Below are positions 14,106 to 29,171 of a stretch of 64,000 bases of DNA, in pieces. Where the stretch lies: contig OZ024744.1 in assembly GCA_964016885.1 (NCBI GenBank), positions 57,598,001-57,662,000 on the forward strand, given 5' to 3'. The translations under genes and the position numbers were made by a program. Within the stretch, counting starts at the first letter, position 1; each line of letters opens with the position of its first letter. Under the pieces are notes generated by a model. That model was not told where the DNA came from. It saw nothing but the letters and a program-made list of their open reading frames with translations, and searched no databases. Origin of the DNA: Eledone cirrhosa. Lineage: Eukaryota.

Positions 14106-16333
14106 TAGAGTTGAGATGGAGGGTCTGTGGTTTTTCTCACATCTATATATATATATATACACGATTCTTTAATTTCTTCAAATAACCAAAGTCTCACTCA
14201 CGTATCAAATATCAAATATCTTAAAACGCATACAAGGATGAAAAAAAAAAAAATGGCTACTGACCAGCAAGCCCACAACGGACGAAATTGGTCTGAAAAT
14301 GAAATTGACCTCTTAATAAACACATGATTTTCTTTTCTCTGTCCCAAACAATAAACACTAACGCGTCATGTCTGAATGAAATTGCTGAATAAACAGCTCA
14401 AACATTTACCACGAGGTCTGCTAAGTAGATACACAACAAACTAAAACATGTAGAAGTCTCTTTCAAACTATCAAAACCATTTTTAAAAACTTCGACATAT
14501 TTACTCCAATGGACAAACACAACAGCAACAACAACAACCACAACAACAACAACAGCCAGAAAACCAGGAGCAACCACTACTGAATTCAAACATAATAGCT
14601 GAATTACTGAATGACAGTATCCCTCAGCCACTCACTCAACCATCATTATCGCCATCACCATCACCACTGTCACCATCTTCTGCCACATCAACTGCTAGTA
14701 ATGGACCACTGCTCTCTCTCCCACCACAGTTGTCATCATCATCATCACCACTAATGCTTTCTTCCCCAACATCACCACCACAGCCAAGCCATAGGCAGAA
14801 GAACTTTAAAAAAAAAAAAATCTATAGAGCTGTATGAACCCCCCACTACACATACTAGAAACCCCAAAATATGCCGCTACTCACTACGTAGAGACTGTAT
14901 ATTTACCCATTTTCCAGGTACTAGGCGCACTAACACTGCCAGCCAACACCATAGCACGCTTCCCGCACGTATAGGTCGCAGTCCCAACATTCCCAACTTG
15001 AGAGACTATGTCTGCTACCTGACTGTCCCTTCACTCATCTTCCTGGGACACAAGGCACGAACAGAAAAGGGGCTCCATGCCAATCCACAAACCACAATAA
15101 AGCCACCCCCTGCTGCGGTAATGCTGCTCCAGGCTCCTCACAAAGACATGATTACAACAACAAAAACAACAAAAGAAATGCTGTTCCAGTCTTTTCACAA
15201 AGACACGATTACAACAGCAACAAAAATAACGCTGCTCCAGTCTTTTCACAAAGACACAATTACAACAAATACAACAACAGCAAAAGAGGGAACTGCAACC
15301 CTATCCAATGTTGTGACCACAAATCCAATCAAAAACTGCTCCCTGAACAAAAAAAAAATCTTTCTTTTTTAGCCATAAACCTGGCAAAGGAGATAGAGAA
15401 AAACATTTTAGCCATCACCCAACACCATCCTTGCTGCCACTAACACACAATCACAAAACAAGCCTCCTGCAACAGTCAAAACCAGCCACCACACTAGCCT
15501 CCACATTCTTACTCAATACAGATCCATCAATGCACAGAAATGGAAGATCCAATTCATTGAGGATTGGGTTGGTAACCATCCATTTCACATCCCCTTCTTC
15601 ATTCTTACTGAGACCCAACTTGACAACTCCCACTTGGAGGCTAAAGTAAGAGTGAGAAATTTCACAACCATCTGTGTGGATCGTGTTGGCAGAAGGAAGG
15701 GTGGAACTGCCATTTTCCTGCATGATTCCTTTACGGCAGATGGTAACACAAAATTCTCCAATGGATACTGTGAATCAGTTGCTGTGCACAATAAAGCCAA
15801 TGACCTGACATTAGTTGGGCTCTATAGACCACCACAAACACCCATAATCTGCTTCAAAGAATGCCTCAACAGTATTAAATGCTTTATTAAACAGTGCCAT
15901 TCTAGCAACATACTTTTGATGGGAGACTTTAATCTACTCTGTATTGATTGGTCTACATGTAGTTTAAAACCAGGCACCACAGTCTCAACCACTGACAAAG
16001 AAGCTGTCGAGTCACTTCTTAACTTCATGAATGAGTTTTTCTTGTCCTAACTTGTCCTTGCACCAACGAGGCATCAGAAGAACATTCTGGATCTAGTGTT
16101 TAGTAGCCACACTGACACTATACATAATATTACAGTGGAAAAAACCCTTCTCTCAGACCATGACATGGTTCTTTGTAACCTGTGATTCCACCAGCCGAAA
16201 GCTAATCCCAGGGTCCTCTCTCCAGCCCACCCATTCGATGACATGGATCTCTACAATGCCAACTGGGATGCAATTATGAACAAACTATCACATGTCGACT
16301 GGTCTTTTACACATGCACCCCGTTCTATGTAAA

Positions 16334-16622
16334 GTTATGTTGGTGCCGCGCCATAGGCCGAAACAAAGGAGATCGTGTAGGTGTCACGACAAAAAAACAC
16401 ACAGTCCACGCTGTAATGTGGCCGTGTAGGCAACACGGTAAAAACCTCCCAGACCCACACTGTAAATGTGGTTGGTGTTAGGAAGGGCATCCAACTGTAG
16501 AAAACCTGCCAGACAGTCCTATGCGAGCAAGACAATCACTCTTGCCTCAAGTGGGACTACCCCCGTCCAAACCCATGCAAGCGTGGAACACGGACGTTAA
16601 ACGTTGATGATGATGATGATGA
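16334..16622 (+). mobile_element. RTE family A 3' module inserted in the CR1 element
   Basis: Reverse complement of 4608-4900 with (GAT)n tail. Confidence 0.85.
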
Positions 16623-16680
16623 CACACTTCCACCAACATCAAAACATCTTGGCAGATCTTTGTAGACACTGTCACAAATC

Positions 16681-17086
16681 ATCATCATGATCATCATCAA
16701 CGTTTAACATCCGTGTTCCATGCTTGCATGGGTTTGGACGGGGGTTTTCCCACTTGAGGCAAGAGTGATTATCTTGCTCGCATAGGACTATCTGGCGGGT
16801 TTTCTACAGCTGGATGCCCTTCCTAACACCAACCACATTTACAGTGTGGGGCTGGGAGGTTTTTACCGTGTTGCCTACACGGTCACATTACAGCGTGGAC
16901 TGTCTGGCGGGTTTTCTACAGCTGGATGCCCTTCCTAACACCAACCACATTTACAGTGTGGGGCTGGGAGGTTTTTACCGTGTTGCCTACACGGCCACAT
17001 TACAGCGTGAACTGTGTGTTTTTTGAAGTGACACTACACAATCTCATTTGTTTCGGCCTGGATGTTGTGGCACCAACATAACTTTA
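16681..17086 (-). mobile_element. RTE family A 3' module (duplicated variant) inserted in the CR1 element
   Basis: Near-identical to 12555-12930, including the internal duplication. Confidence 0.85.
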
Positions 17087-18867
17087 TATGTACAAATATA
17101 TGTACAAATATATGTACAAAACACACCCCACCAAAACCTGTGAACAAAACCAAGTGCAGTATCCCCCAAAACAGAAAAACTATTATGAGAAAAATAAAAA
17201 GAACAAACAAAAAAATTAACACACTAAAATGCTGCCAACAGCAACACACACTTCGATGGCTATCACCCTGCTTGCGTAAAAAAAATATAACCTCCAGCAA
17301 TGCATGATGACCATCATCAATAACCAGAGAATAGCTGAAGAGAGGTGGGCCATTGAGAAAATCAAACTCAACCCCAAAGTGTTCTTTTCATTTGCTAAAA
17401 AACACAAGGTCACCATCTCCTCTGTGGAGGAACTCACTGGACACTGGCTATATTCCTGGAAACTTTCTATCCCAGTCTTCAATAAGGGAAATAAGTCCCT
17501 TGCAGTGTTCTACCGCCCAATCTCACTCACCTCTCATATTATCAAGGTATTTGAGAGGGTGGCGAGATCACGAATAACCCACTTTCTTGAAAGCAACGGC
17601 CTGCTGAACTCCAACCAACATGGGTTCCGTAATGGAAGGGACTGCCTAACACAGTTCCTGCATCACTTTGACGATGTTTTGGAGCCTTGAGAGAGGGCTT
17701 CAACACTGATGTCATCTACCTTGACTTCAGCAAGGCCTTCGACAGGGTTGATCATAAGATTCTACTGAAAACACTATCCAATGTTGGTGTCTCTGGAAGG
17801 TTACTACAGTGGATCAAATATTTCCTGACAGGCAGAACCAAGCATGTTGTAGTCGAAGGAGTAGAATCAAGCCCTGCCAAAGTCAGATGTGGCGTCCCAC
17901 AAGGCACTGTGTTGGGTCCACTTCTTTTCATCATCTACATTAATGACATTACTGATATCATCAAGCATAGCATCATCAGAATCTTCGCAGATGATTCCAA
18001 GCTCCAAAGGGTCATCAATGAGGTGGGTGACCGGACTTGCCTTCAGTCAGACCTACTGGCTGTTATCCAATGGGCAGAAATGAATAATATGCTGTTGAAT
18101 GAGGAAAAGTTTGAATTAATCCACTTTGGAAAAAAGGATGCCCTGAAACTACCATACTCTCTTCCTTCGGGTGAAACTCTAGTGGCATCCAATAACATCA
18201 GAGACCTGGGAGTAATTGTGGACAACAACATAAGTTGGGTCAATCATATAAACAGCAAAGTTGATATGGCCTGCAGAATGTGTTCCTGGATTCTTAGAAC
18301 TTTCCAGTCGAGAGATATCCACACTGTTATCCTTCTCTTCTCCACTTTTGCCCGACCCCACCTTGAATACTGTTGTCCACTGTGGTCACTCCACATGAAA
18401 CAAAGTATCATGAAAGTTGAAGCACCCCAAAGGTCAATTACAAAAAAGATAAATGGCAAGACAGGCCTTGACTATTGGAGTTGATTAGAAAAGCTCAAAC
18501 TTTATTCTCTTCAACGTCGCCGTGAGCGCTACATTATCTGTATGATGTGTAAAATATTCCACCAGCTTTGCCCAAATGATGTTGGCATCACCTTTAGTGT
18601 ACACCCAAGGCTTCAGCCCCGTGCTATCCGCCCATGACAAAAATTCCCACTCGCATCACATGACAACAATAGGGCACAATTATTTCACCTCAATTGGCCC
18701 TGCACTCTTTAACATTACACCAAAGCACATCAAAGCAGAGACAGACCCCATCAAGTTCAAGAAGTCTTTGGGCCATGGTGCCCAAACACTGATTTGTAAT
18801 ACTTCACCAGGTGGTGCTATTAAGTTAGACATGGCCTGGGCCAATACTGGCCGAGACTTATCAAAGT

Positions 18868-19049
18868 TATATGTATGTATATATATATCTATATCTATAT
18901 ATATATATATGTATGTATATGTATATATATATATATGTATGTATATGTATATATATATATGTATGTATATATATGTATATATATATATATATATATGTAT
19001 GTATATGTATATATATATATGTATGTATATATATGTATATATATATATG

Positions 19050-19132
<83 letters not shown>

Positions 19133-19557
19133 ATATATATATATGTATGTATATATATATATATGTATGTATATATATATATATGTATGTATATATATGT
19201 ATATATATATATGTATGTATATATATATATATGTATATATATATATTTATATATATTTATATATATATATATATATATGTATGTATATATATATATATGT
19301 ATGTATATATATATATATGTATGTATATATATATATATGTATGTATATATATATATATGTATGTATATATATGTATATATATGTATGTATATATATATGT
19401 ATATATATGTATGTATATATATATGTATGTATGTATATATGTATATATATGTATGTATGTATATATGTGTATATATATATATATATGTATGTATATATGT
19501 GTATATATATATATATATGTATGTATGTATATATATATATATATGTATGTATATATG

Positions 19558-19604
<47 letters not shown>

Positions 19605-19789
19605 ATATGTATATATATATATATATGTATGTATATATATGTATATATATGTATGTATGTTTATGTATATATATATGTATGTATGTATGTATATATGTAT
19701 GTATATATATGTATGTATGTATGTATATATGTATATATATATATATGTATGTATATATGTATGTGTATGTATGTATGTATATATGTATG

Positions 19790-19824
<35 letters not shown>

Positions 19825-19829
19825 ATATG

Positions 19830-19864
<35 letters not shown>

Positions 19865-19950
19865 ATATGTATATATATATATATGTATGTATGTATATAT
19901 GTATGTATGTATATATGTATGTATGTATGTATGTATATATATATATATGT
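18868..19950. repeat. (TA)n/(TATG)n microsatellite
   Basis: Seen directly. Confidence 0.98.
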
Positions 19951-20044
19951 AGGAGGTGAGTTTTATTGTAGTACAATAAGGCAATGCAGATATCGGATAA
20001 GAAGCACTCTACAGTTTGTAGGACTGGAGTATATATAATATATA

Positions 20045-21230
20045 AGAACAAAAGATCTGCAATCTCTGTCTAAATGAAAAATTTACCATTATATCTAATT
20101 TAGATTCTATAATAAATAGACGCACTGACTTGTTTTCTCTCTGCTTGCATAAATTCCACAAAACATTCCACAAAGTATACAGCTAATATCCAAAACTTTA
20201 TCAATTTAGAATCTTTTTCTCAAAGGCACATATATATATATACTTCTTTAAAAATATACCCATCTTCCTACCTTATTTCAAAGTTATTTATTATACATTA
20301 TATAATACTTGTTACTCATTCTATATCACTCCTATTTATCACTTCCCTTTCTTCATTTTCCCTTTCTTCTCTTTTTCTTTTAATGTCTAACCCCTAATCT
20401 GTACCTTTTCTCACTGTTGCCTAACATAGAAACAATTATTACACAATACAATACATTCTTACTTTATATTACCTTGCAAAAATCCTTCGTAAACATAAAC
20501 ATTTTTTGACGTTAGATTATTCATCCTCAATTCATTATTTTTTTCTCCCTTTCATCTAACTTACTCATGCTCATCTCAATATATCCTTACTTACATTACT
20601 TGTTGTTCTTTTTAATAATACATATCAACATTTTATTAAACCCTTAAATATTATACTTAATACATATTAACATTTTCTTTCCATCGCACATATTATTAAA
20701 CCCTTAAATATTATTCTTAATACATATTAACATTTTATTTTCATCGCACATATTATTAAACCCCTCAATATACAAACCTTAACTTTACATTATTTTTCTC
20801 TTCGTTAATTTTCAAATTCTTTTAATTTATACATTATCTTCCAACGGTTTTTCAACCTCTCTATGTAAAACAATATATTTCTCTCAGTTATAAAAGCTAT
20901 CTCTCTCTCTCTATCACCCATCTCTCCTCCTATCTCATCCTTCCTCATTATACTCCTCCTTCTCCACTTTTTACTCTCATCTCCTCTTTTTCACCCCCCC
21001 CCCCCAAAAAAAAAATATATATATATTTTTCCCAATATCACACATCAAATCTAAAACTACTTTTCTTATGTTGATTTAAAACTGCACTATGCACAAGTGT
21101 TTTTTAACCTTCACATCATGTCTTCCTATTTTATCTGATGAAAACAAATATTATTGCATGATGATATTTGTTTCTGAAATGCGCATAATAAAATACATGG
21201 AACTCTTTTAACCATCTTTTGTTCTTATAT
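20045..21230 (+). mobile_element. PLE 3' remnant: endonuclease tail, pyrimidine-rich 3' region, hammerhead
   Basis: Hand translation [34 protein letters not shown] at ~20051-20152; hammerhead at 21129-21193. Confidence 0.7.
21129..21193 (+). ncRNA. Minimal type I hammerhead motif
   Basis: ttttat-CTGATGA-aaacaaatat..atatttgttt-ct-GAAA-tgcgc-ATA-ataaaa. Confidence 0.75.
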
Positions 21231-21292
21231 ATTATATATATATATGTATGTATGTATATATGTATGTATATATATGTATATATATATATATG

Positions 21293-22091
21293 TCATCATC
21301 ATCATCATCATCACCGTTTTACGTCCGTTCTTCCACGCTAGCATGGGTTAGACGGGTTGTCCTGTTGTGGGCAGTGTCTGGTCGGCTGACCATGCCTTGC
21401 TCATACAGGAACTGATCTGGCTTGATTTCTACAGCTGGATGCCCTTCCTAACACCAACCTCATTTACAGTGAGTGCTGGGTGCTTTTTCGTGGCGCCTAC
21501 ACGTCCACTTTACAGTGTGCGCTGGGTGCTTTTTTGCCGTGGCACCTCCACGACCACCTTGCGGTGGGGGGGGGGGGGGGCATATTGTTTATATGCTTCA
21601 GCATGTACCCATGGGAGGTCGGGTACCCTGTATTACTGCGTGACGCCAGAAGTCACGGTCGTGTGTCATTGACTTTGAGAGGTGTAGTTGGGTAAGGTCG
21701 GCTTTTATCACCTCATCCCAAGTCATCTTGGGTCTCCCCACTCCGCGGTTTCCATCAACTTCTAGTGCTCTGCACCTTTTTATGCAGCTGTCATCCTTCA
21801 TACGCATCACATGTCCATACCAGCGTAACCGCCTCTCCTGCACGCAGCATTTGATTCCTCTTATGCTCAGTCTCTCTCTCAATTCCTTTATGCTTTGTCG
21901 TTCACGTATATTACTGTTACACATCCATCGGAGCATGCAGGCTTCGTTTCTCTCTAATCTACGTAAGTCTTCCACCTTCAGCGCCCAGGTCTCACTACCA
22001 TGCAACATCGCTGTTCGGATACAAGCATCATACAGTCTGCCTTTCATTCTGAGGGAGAAGCCTTTTGCAGCTAGCAGTGGTAGTAGTTCCC
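21293..22091 (-). mobile_element. RTE LINE family B, 5'-truncated
   Basis: [49 protein letters not shown]; distinct 3' module; (GAT)n tail. Confidence 0.9.
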
Positions 22092-22155
22092 TATATATAC
22101 ATATATATATACATACATATATATATGTATATATATATATGTATGTATATATATG

Positions 22156-22186
<31 letters not shown>

Positions 22187-22193
22187 GTATATA

Positions 22194-22240
<47 letters not shown>

Positions 22241-22245
<5 letters not shown>

Positions 22246-22445
22246 AATGAGTAGGACCCCGACGGCTGAGCTCAAGCCGTTTCGACGGCTAATTCTGGAC
22301 ATTTTTTAGTCCAGAATTAGCCGTCGAAACGGCTTGAGCTCAGCCGTCGGGGTCCTACTCATTCCTATTACCCACTCTACTACCCTAAGTATTGAGTACT
22401 TTGGTGCGTTATGGTCCACCTGGTTCCTTACCACATTTCCTTCGT

Positions 22446-22447
<2 letters not shown>
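22241..22447. repeat. Short fold-back insertion of the PLE terminal family
   Basis: ~60-bp perfect inverted repeat (22241-22300 / 22309-22368) covering the 3' half of the hammerhead. Confidence 0.85.
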
Positions 22448-22493
<46 letters not shown>

Positions 22494-23154
22494 TATATGT
22501 ATGTATATATATATATGTATGTATATATATATGTATGTATATATATATATATATGTATGTATATACATGTATATATATATATATATCTATATAGTAATAT
22601 TTATATCTATATTTATATATGTTTGATATAACTATAATTATGTAGGGTAGTACTAAGTACTATCCGGTTACCGGATAAATACGAACTACATCACAAAAAC
22701 ACTTAAATGAAAATCTCATACCCAACTCTATCTAGTGCTTTACATTACACCTTACATAACAAATACCTACATTATCACCACACGCCTCTCTAACAAATTG
22801 CATACTATCTTTATAACAAATATAACATGCTTTAACACTCCACACAAAATATGTTTATTTCAACTGCAATATAACTGTTTCCTCATACATGCATTATTGA
22901 CTGTATTGACTCCTGCATTGTACACCTATTGTACTTGCTTATACCTTCTTTCCCTGTTTTTTTTTGCTTGTGTTTTTTACTTTTACATATACCTATTACA
23001 CTGCCAACCAGTGCTGCCTGTAATTGTGTTATTTGAAGTGAAACATCTTTTTAACTCCTGACTCTCCACATGATGCCTTTGACACTAATAACAACTATGT
23101 ACTCTAAATGTTCTAAATGACTAGGATTATAGTAACATGTTTCTACATTATTAT

Positions 23155-23199
23155 GCTCCAATGATTCCAGACTTCCCTCTGGAAGAAACAATTGTCAGC
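23155..23199 (+). ncRNA. Decayed minimal hammerhead motif
   Basis: gct-CCAATGA-ttccaga-cttccc-tctggaa-GAAA-caatt-GTC-agc then AATAAA; core CTGA mutated. Confidence 0.55.
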
Positions 23200-23292
23200 T
23201 AATAAATGTTCTGAACTAAAATTTGATAGTTTTAACACTTTCTATATGTATATATATATGTAGGTATATATGTATGTGTATATGTATATATG

Positions 23293-23341
<49 letters not shown>

Positions 23342-23430
23342 ATATATATATATATATATGTATGTATATATAATATATATATATATATATGTATGTATAT
23401 ATAATATATATATATATATATGTATGTATG

Positions 23431-23461
<31 letters not shown>

Positions 23462-23546
23462 ATATATATATATGTATGTATATATATATATATGTAAAGA
23501 ATGAATAATAACAGGTAGACATCATAAAAAGGTAATTTATTCCGTG

Positions 23547-23658
23547 TGCTTACAAGTGTTTCCACGGTGGTACTGCAGCCTAGTTCCGCTACGTGCAAAT
23601 TCACAAGTATTTGCAGAACTCGAATATCCAATGCTGTGACCACTGTTTCCTCAGAGCA
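23547..23658 (-). ncRNA. Hammerhead motif (inverted copy)
   Basis: Reverse complement of 25780-25891. Confidence 0.75.
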
Positions 23659-25779
23659 GAATGGTAAATGTACAATGTAAAAACCCTTAAGTGGGGTTGT
23701 TGGGGAAGATAGAGTGGAACAGGAAGAGAGAAAAGTAGGGAAGAAGGAGAGAGAAGGAAAGATATGCAGGGGTTGGAGAAGTAGGAGAGAGTGGCTTGTA
23801 GATATCTTAATCAAAATGTTATGGTAGGGGTTTTATTAGTTACTTTTGGAGAGATGCGTAGATAGTTGAGGTCGGAATTATTTATTGCCCCAGAGAGCAG
23901 GTTCATAGATGTTGAGAGGGAGGTAGGTCAAAGGTGAGAGAGAGAGAGTGTAATGGATGTAGAGAGAGATATATAGGTAGAGAGGGGACAGATAAAGTAT
24001 ATGTGGTGAGTGAACTTTTGGTTTTGTAGTAGTAATCTAGGAATTGTACTGAGTTACCATGTATAGTGATAAGCAGTGTATTGTCTTGTAGTGTGGGGGG
24101 GGGGGGAAAGAGAAGTTTGTTAGCTAGAAAGTGGTGTTGTAGTTACGGGTTCGAATGTTAAGTTATTTTATAGTGAGAGAATTTAGCTTTTAGTTTGTGG
24201 TTGCAGTATAATGATCGTTCAATTCTATCGTTAAGTAGTTTGTTTTTGGATTTTAGTATGTAAAATAGCTCAAGGTTACATAACCTGCAGTATTTCGATC
24301 CACTCCGATATGCATTTGCGCTGGAAAGTATATCCCATTTTAAGGTGAACTGTTGGTTGTGTTCACGGAGTTGCCAGGTCTTGTTGGCGAGCGTGGTCAC
24401 AAAACGGTGATTCGGATGTTTGATTGAGAATCGATGACGGTACCAGCGAGATTTAAACGATGTGGTGGTAGATCCGATATAATACCATTTCTGGTCGCTC
24501 GATTCAACCGTGCATTGGTAAACAATGCTGGACTTTAGGCATTCATTCTGCAATGGACATCTTTAAATTAATCAATAAACACTTCCCTAGTTCCCATAAG
24601 TACAGCAAAATTCTGAACTCTAAAACTATTAGACTATCATACTCCATGGCACCAAACCTTGAAGCATACATAAAAAAACTTAACTTAAGGCAATTAAACA
24701 ACTCTACAAAACAAAACATTTTAGTAACAGATGGGCAGAACGCAATATCTGCCTCCCAACCACTAAATGGTAGACGGGTATTGCACAACCCACCTGTACC
24801 GTTATCACAACCTATCCATGGTATACCCGCTACCCACAACAAAGAATGTAACTGCCATCTACCTGTAAGATGTCCATTGCAGAATGAATGCCTAAAGTCC
24901 AACATTGTTTACCAATGCACGGTTGAATCGAGCGACCAGAAATGGTATTATATCAGATCTACCACCACATCGTTTAAATCTCGCTGGTACCGTCATCGAT
25001 TCTCAATCAAACATCCGAATCACCGTTTTGTGACCACGCTCGCCAACAAGACCTGGCAACTCCGTGAACACAACCAACAGTTCACCTTAAAATGGGATAT
25101 ACTTTCCAGCGCAAATGCATATCGGAGTGGATCGAAATACTGCAGGTTATGTAACCTTGAGCTATTTTACATACTAAAATCCAAAAACAAACTACTTAAC
25201 GATAGAATTGAACGATCATTATACTGCAACCACAAACTAAAAGCTAAATTCTCTCACTATAAAATAACTTAACATTCGAACCCGTAACTACAACACCACT
25301 TTCTAGCTAACAACCTTCTCTTTCCCCCCCCCCCCCCCCACACACACTACAAGACAATACACTGCTTATCACTATACATGGTAACTCAGTACAATTCCTA
25401 GATTACTACTACAAAACCAAAAGTTCACTCACCACATATACTTTATCTGTCCCCTCTCTACCTATATATCTCTCTCTACATCCATTACACTCTCTCTCTC
25501 TCACCTTTGACCTACCTCCCTCTCAACATCTATGAACTTGACCTCTGGGGCAATAAATAATTCCGACCTCAACTATCTACGCATCTCTCCAAAAGTAACT
25601 AATAAAACCCCTACCATAACATTTTGATTAAGATATCTACAAGCCACTCTCTCCTACTTCTCCAACCCCTGCATATCTTTCCTTCTCTCTCCTTCTTCCC
25701 TACTTTTCTCTCTTCCTGTTCCACTCTATCTTCCCCAACAACCCCACTTAAGGGTTTTTACATTGTACATTTACCATTC

Positions 25780-25891
25780 TGCTCTGAGGAAACAGTGGTC
25801 ACAGCATTGGATATTCGAGTTCTGCAAATACTTGTGAATTTGCACGTAGCGGAACTAGGCTGCAGTACCACCGTGGAAACACTTGTAAGCA
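25780..25891 (+). ncRNA. Type I hammerhead motif in the PLE 3' repeat
   Basis: tgct-CTGAGGA-aacagtggt..accaccgtg-GAAA-cactt-GTA-agca, with AATAAA at 25897-25902. Confidence 0.75.
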
Positions 25892-26085
25892 CACGGAATA
25901 AATTACCTTTTTATGATGTCTACCTGTTATTATTCATTCTTTATATACACTCCGGAATACTGAAGGACCAGGAACTAAGTTTCTTGAACAATTCTTCCAT
26001 AACTCGTAGAGTAACCTCTTACCGTACGTCAACCATATCCAGTGTAGTAATTAACCATCACTACATCTTGGATAATCCTATACCT

Positions 26086-26173
26086 AATATATATATATAT
26101 GTATGTATATATATATATATGTATATATATATATGTATGTATATATATATATATGTATATATATATATGTATG

Positions 26174-26206
<33 letters not shown>

Positions 26207-26321
26207 ATATATATATGTATATATATGTATATATATATATGTATGTATATATATATATGTATATATGTGTGTATGTATATATATGTATATATATATATAT
26301 GCGTGTATGTATATATATATG

Positions 26322-26357
<36 letters not shown>

Positions 26358-26584
26358 TGTATGTATATATATGTATATATATATATGTATGTATATATAT
26401 GTATATATATATATGTATATATATATATGTATATATATATATGTATATATATATATGTATATATATATATGTATATATATATATGTATATATATATATGT
26501 ATATATATATATGTATATATATATATGTATATATATATATGTATGTATATATATGTATATATATATATGTATGTATATATATGT

Positions 26585-26618
<34 letters not shown>

Positions 26619-26905
26619 GTATATGTATGTATATACATATATGTATGTATGTTATATGTATATATATATATGTATGTATGTTATATGTATATATATATAT
26701 GTATGTATGTTATATGTATATATATATATGTATGTATGTTATATGTATATATATATATGTATGTATGTTATATGTATATATATATATGTATGTATGTTAT
26801 ATGTAATATATATATATGTATGTATGTTATATGTAATATATATATATGTATGTATGTATATATATGTATATATATATATATATATATGTCTATATATATA
26901 TGTAT
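26086..26905. repeat. (TA)n/(TATG)n microsatellite
   Basis: Seen directly. Confidence 0.98.
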
Positions 26906-26909
26906 ATTA

Positions 26910-27278
26910 TCTCTTTATCTTAATTTCGAGGATATTTTTTTGACCGGCCACCTTCCTGGTGGCAAGGTTGTAAAAGAAAAGAAATTGTCATCCCTTGAAT
27001 CGCAAGAATGTTTTGCAAATTTTGAAGGTGCCAGCTATCGCAGCTATTTGTAGACTATGAATTAGGGAGCTGCGCTTTTTGTCGACAAATCCAAGTTCAG
27101 TCATACTTTGGTCCACGCGGGTTGGTATATAACCCGTAGCTCCAATAATGAAGGGTATGAAGCTAAAGGTGTATCTTGGATACTGGATTTGTAAACTCCT
27201 CATCAATGGTCCGTAGATGTCCTCCTTCTCCTGTATTTTTCTGACAACATTTACATCAAGTGGGCAGCTGATCTCCTA
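26910..27278 (-). mobile_element. 3' end of an RLE-type non-LTR retrotransposon (R4/Dong/NeSL-like)
   Basis: Hand translation [53 protein letters not shown] matches the restriction-like endonuclease tail (E.S.P, K..Y, G..G). Confidence 0.75.
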
Positions 27279-27723
27279 TGAATATATATATGTATGTATA
27301 TATGTATGTATATATATATGTGTATATATATATGTGTATATATATATGTGTATATATACATGTATATATATATATATATGTATGTATATATATATATGTA
27401 TATGTGTATATATATATGTATATATATATATATATATGTATGTATATATATATATGTATATGTGTATATATATATGTATATATATGTATGTATATATGTA
27501 TGTATATATATATATATGTGTATATATATATGTGTATATATATATGTATATATATAAATATGTATGTATATATATATATGTATGTATATATATATTTATA
27601 TGTGTGTATATGTATGTATATATATATATGTATATATGTATGTATATATATATATATGTGTATATATATATGTGTATATATATATATGTATATATATATA
27701 TATGTATGTATATATATATATGT

Positions 27724-28595
27724 ATCATCATCATCATCATCATCAACGTTTAACGTCCGTGTTCCACGCTTGCATGGGTTTGGACAGGGGTAGTCCCACT
27801 TGAGGCAAGAGTGATTGTCTTGCTCGCATAGGACTGTCTGGCAGGTTTTCTACAGTTGGATGCCCTTCCTAACACCAACCACATTTACAGTGTGGGTCTG
27901 GGAGGTTTTTACCGTGTTGCCTACACGGCCACATTACAGCATGGACTGTGTGTTTTTTTGTCGTGACACCTACACAATCTCATTTGTTTCGGCCTGGATG
28001 GTGTGGCACCAACATATCTTTACATAGAACGGGGTGGTGTGGATGGGGTGGGGGTGGTGGTGGTGGGAAGGGGGGGTATTTTGTTAGAGATGCCTACTGG
28101 CTAGAGTAGGTTTTACTATGTATTTAGGTAAGGCGGGTCTTCTCTGTTACTGAGTACCGCCAAAGGTCTCGGTCCAGTGACATTGTCTTGGAGAGGTGTA
28201 AGTGTGTGAGGTCGGAGTTTATCAGCTCGTCCCAGGTTTTTCTAGGTCTACCTATTCCGTGGCTACCGTCTATCTTTATTGCCCTGCACTTTGTTATACA
28301 GCTATCGACTTTCATGCGCATCACGTGTCCATACCAACGTAGCCTTCTCTCGAGTAAACAACATCTGATCCCTCTTATCTCTAATTTTTTCCTTAGTTCG
28401 TTTATGCTTTGCCGTTCACGTATATTACTGTTACACATCCAGCGGAGCATGCAAGCTTCGTTCCTCTCTAGTCTGCGTATATCCTCTGCACACAATGCCC
28501 AGGTCTCACTGCCATGCAACATTGCTGTTCGTATGCAGGCATCGTACAACCTGCCTTTCATTTTTAGGGAGAACCCTTTAGCAGCTAATAGTGGT
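27724..28595 (-). mobile_element. RTE LINE family A, cut by an assembly gap
   Basis: Near-identical to 4608-5445. Confidence 0.92.
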
Positions 28596-28795
28596 NNNNN
28601 NNNNNNNNNNNNNNNNNNNNNNNNNNNNNNNNNNNNNNNNNNNNNNNNNNNNNNNNNNNNNNNNNNNNNNNNNNNNNNNNNNNNNNNNNNNNNNNNNNNN
28701 NNNNNNNNNNNNNNNNNNNNNNNNNNNNNNNNNNNNNNNNNNNNNNNNNNNNNNNNNNNNNNNNNNNNNNNNNNNNNNNNNNNNNNNNNNNNNNN
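28596..28795. other. Assembly gap (200 N)
   Basis: Run of N. Confidence 1.
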
Positions 28796-28805
28796 TATAT
28801 GTATA

Positions 28806-28992
<187 letters not shown>

Positions 28993-29041
28993 GTATATAT
29001 GTATATATATATATATATGTATATATGTATATGTATATATG

Positions 29042-29078
<37 letters not shown>

Positions 29079-29111
29079 GTATATATGTATATATATATAT
29101 ATGTATATATG

Positions 29112-29170
<59 letters not shown>

Positions 29171-29171
<1 letters not shown>

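Larger units (their letters stand above)
14250..18867 (+). mobile_element. Decayed CR1/Jockey-group LINE (ORF1 relic, APE endonuclease, RT)
   Basis: APE motifs DR..RKGG.AI, LYRPP, LMGDFNL, LDLVF, SDH (15540-16170); RT motifs YRPISLTS, QHGFR, YLDFSKAFDRVDH, GVPQGTVLGPLLF, FADDSK (17304-18484); stops, frameshifts and nested SINEs. Confidence 0.9.
23495..26085 (+). mobile_element. Penelope-like element with ~1.07-kb 5' inversion
   Basis: ORF 24553-25272 (+): CNC..CPLQNECL..IVYQC..YYI(G/R)ST..FKSRW..H..CRLCNLE..CNH; 23495-24563 is the reverse complement of ~24867-25945. Confidence 0.92.
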
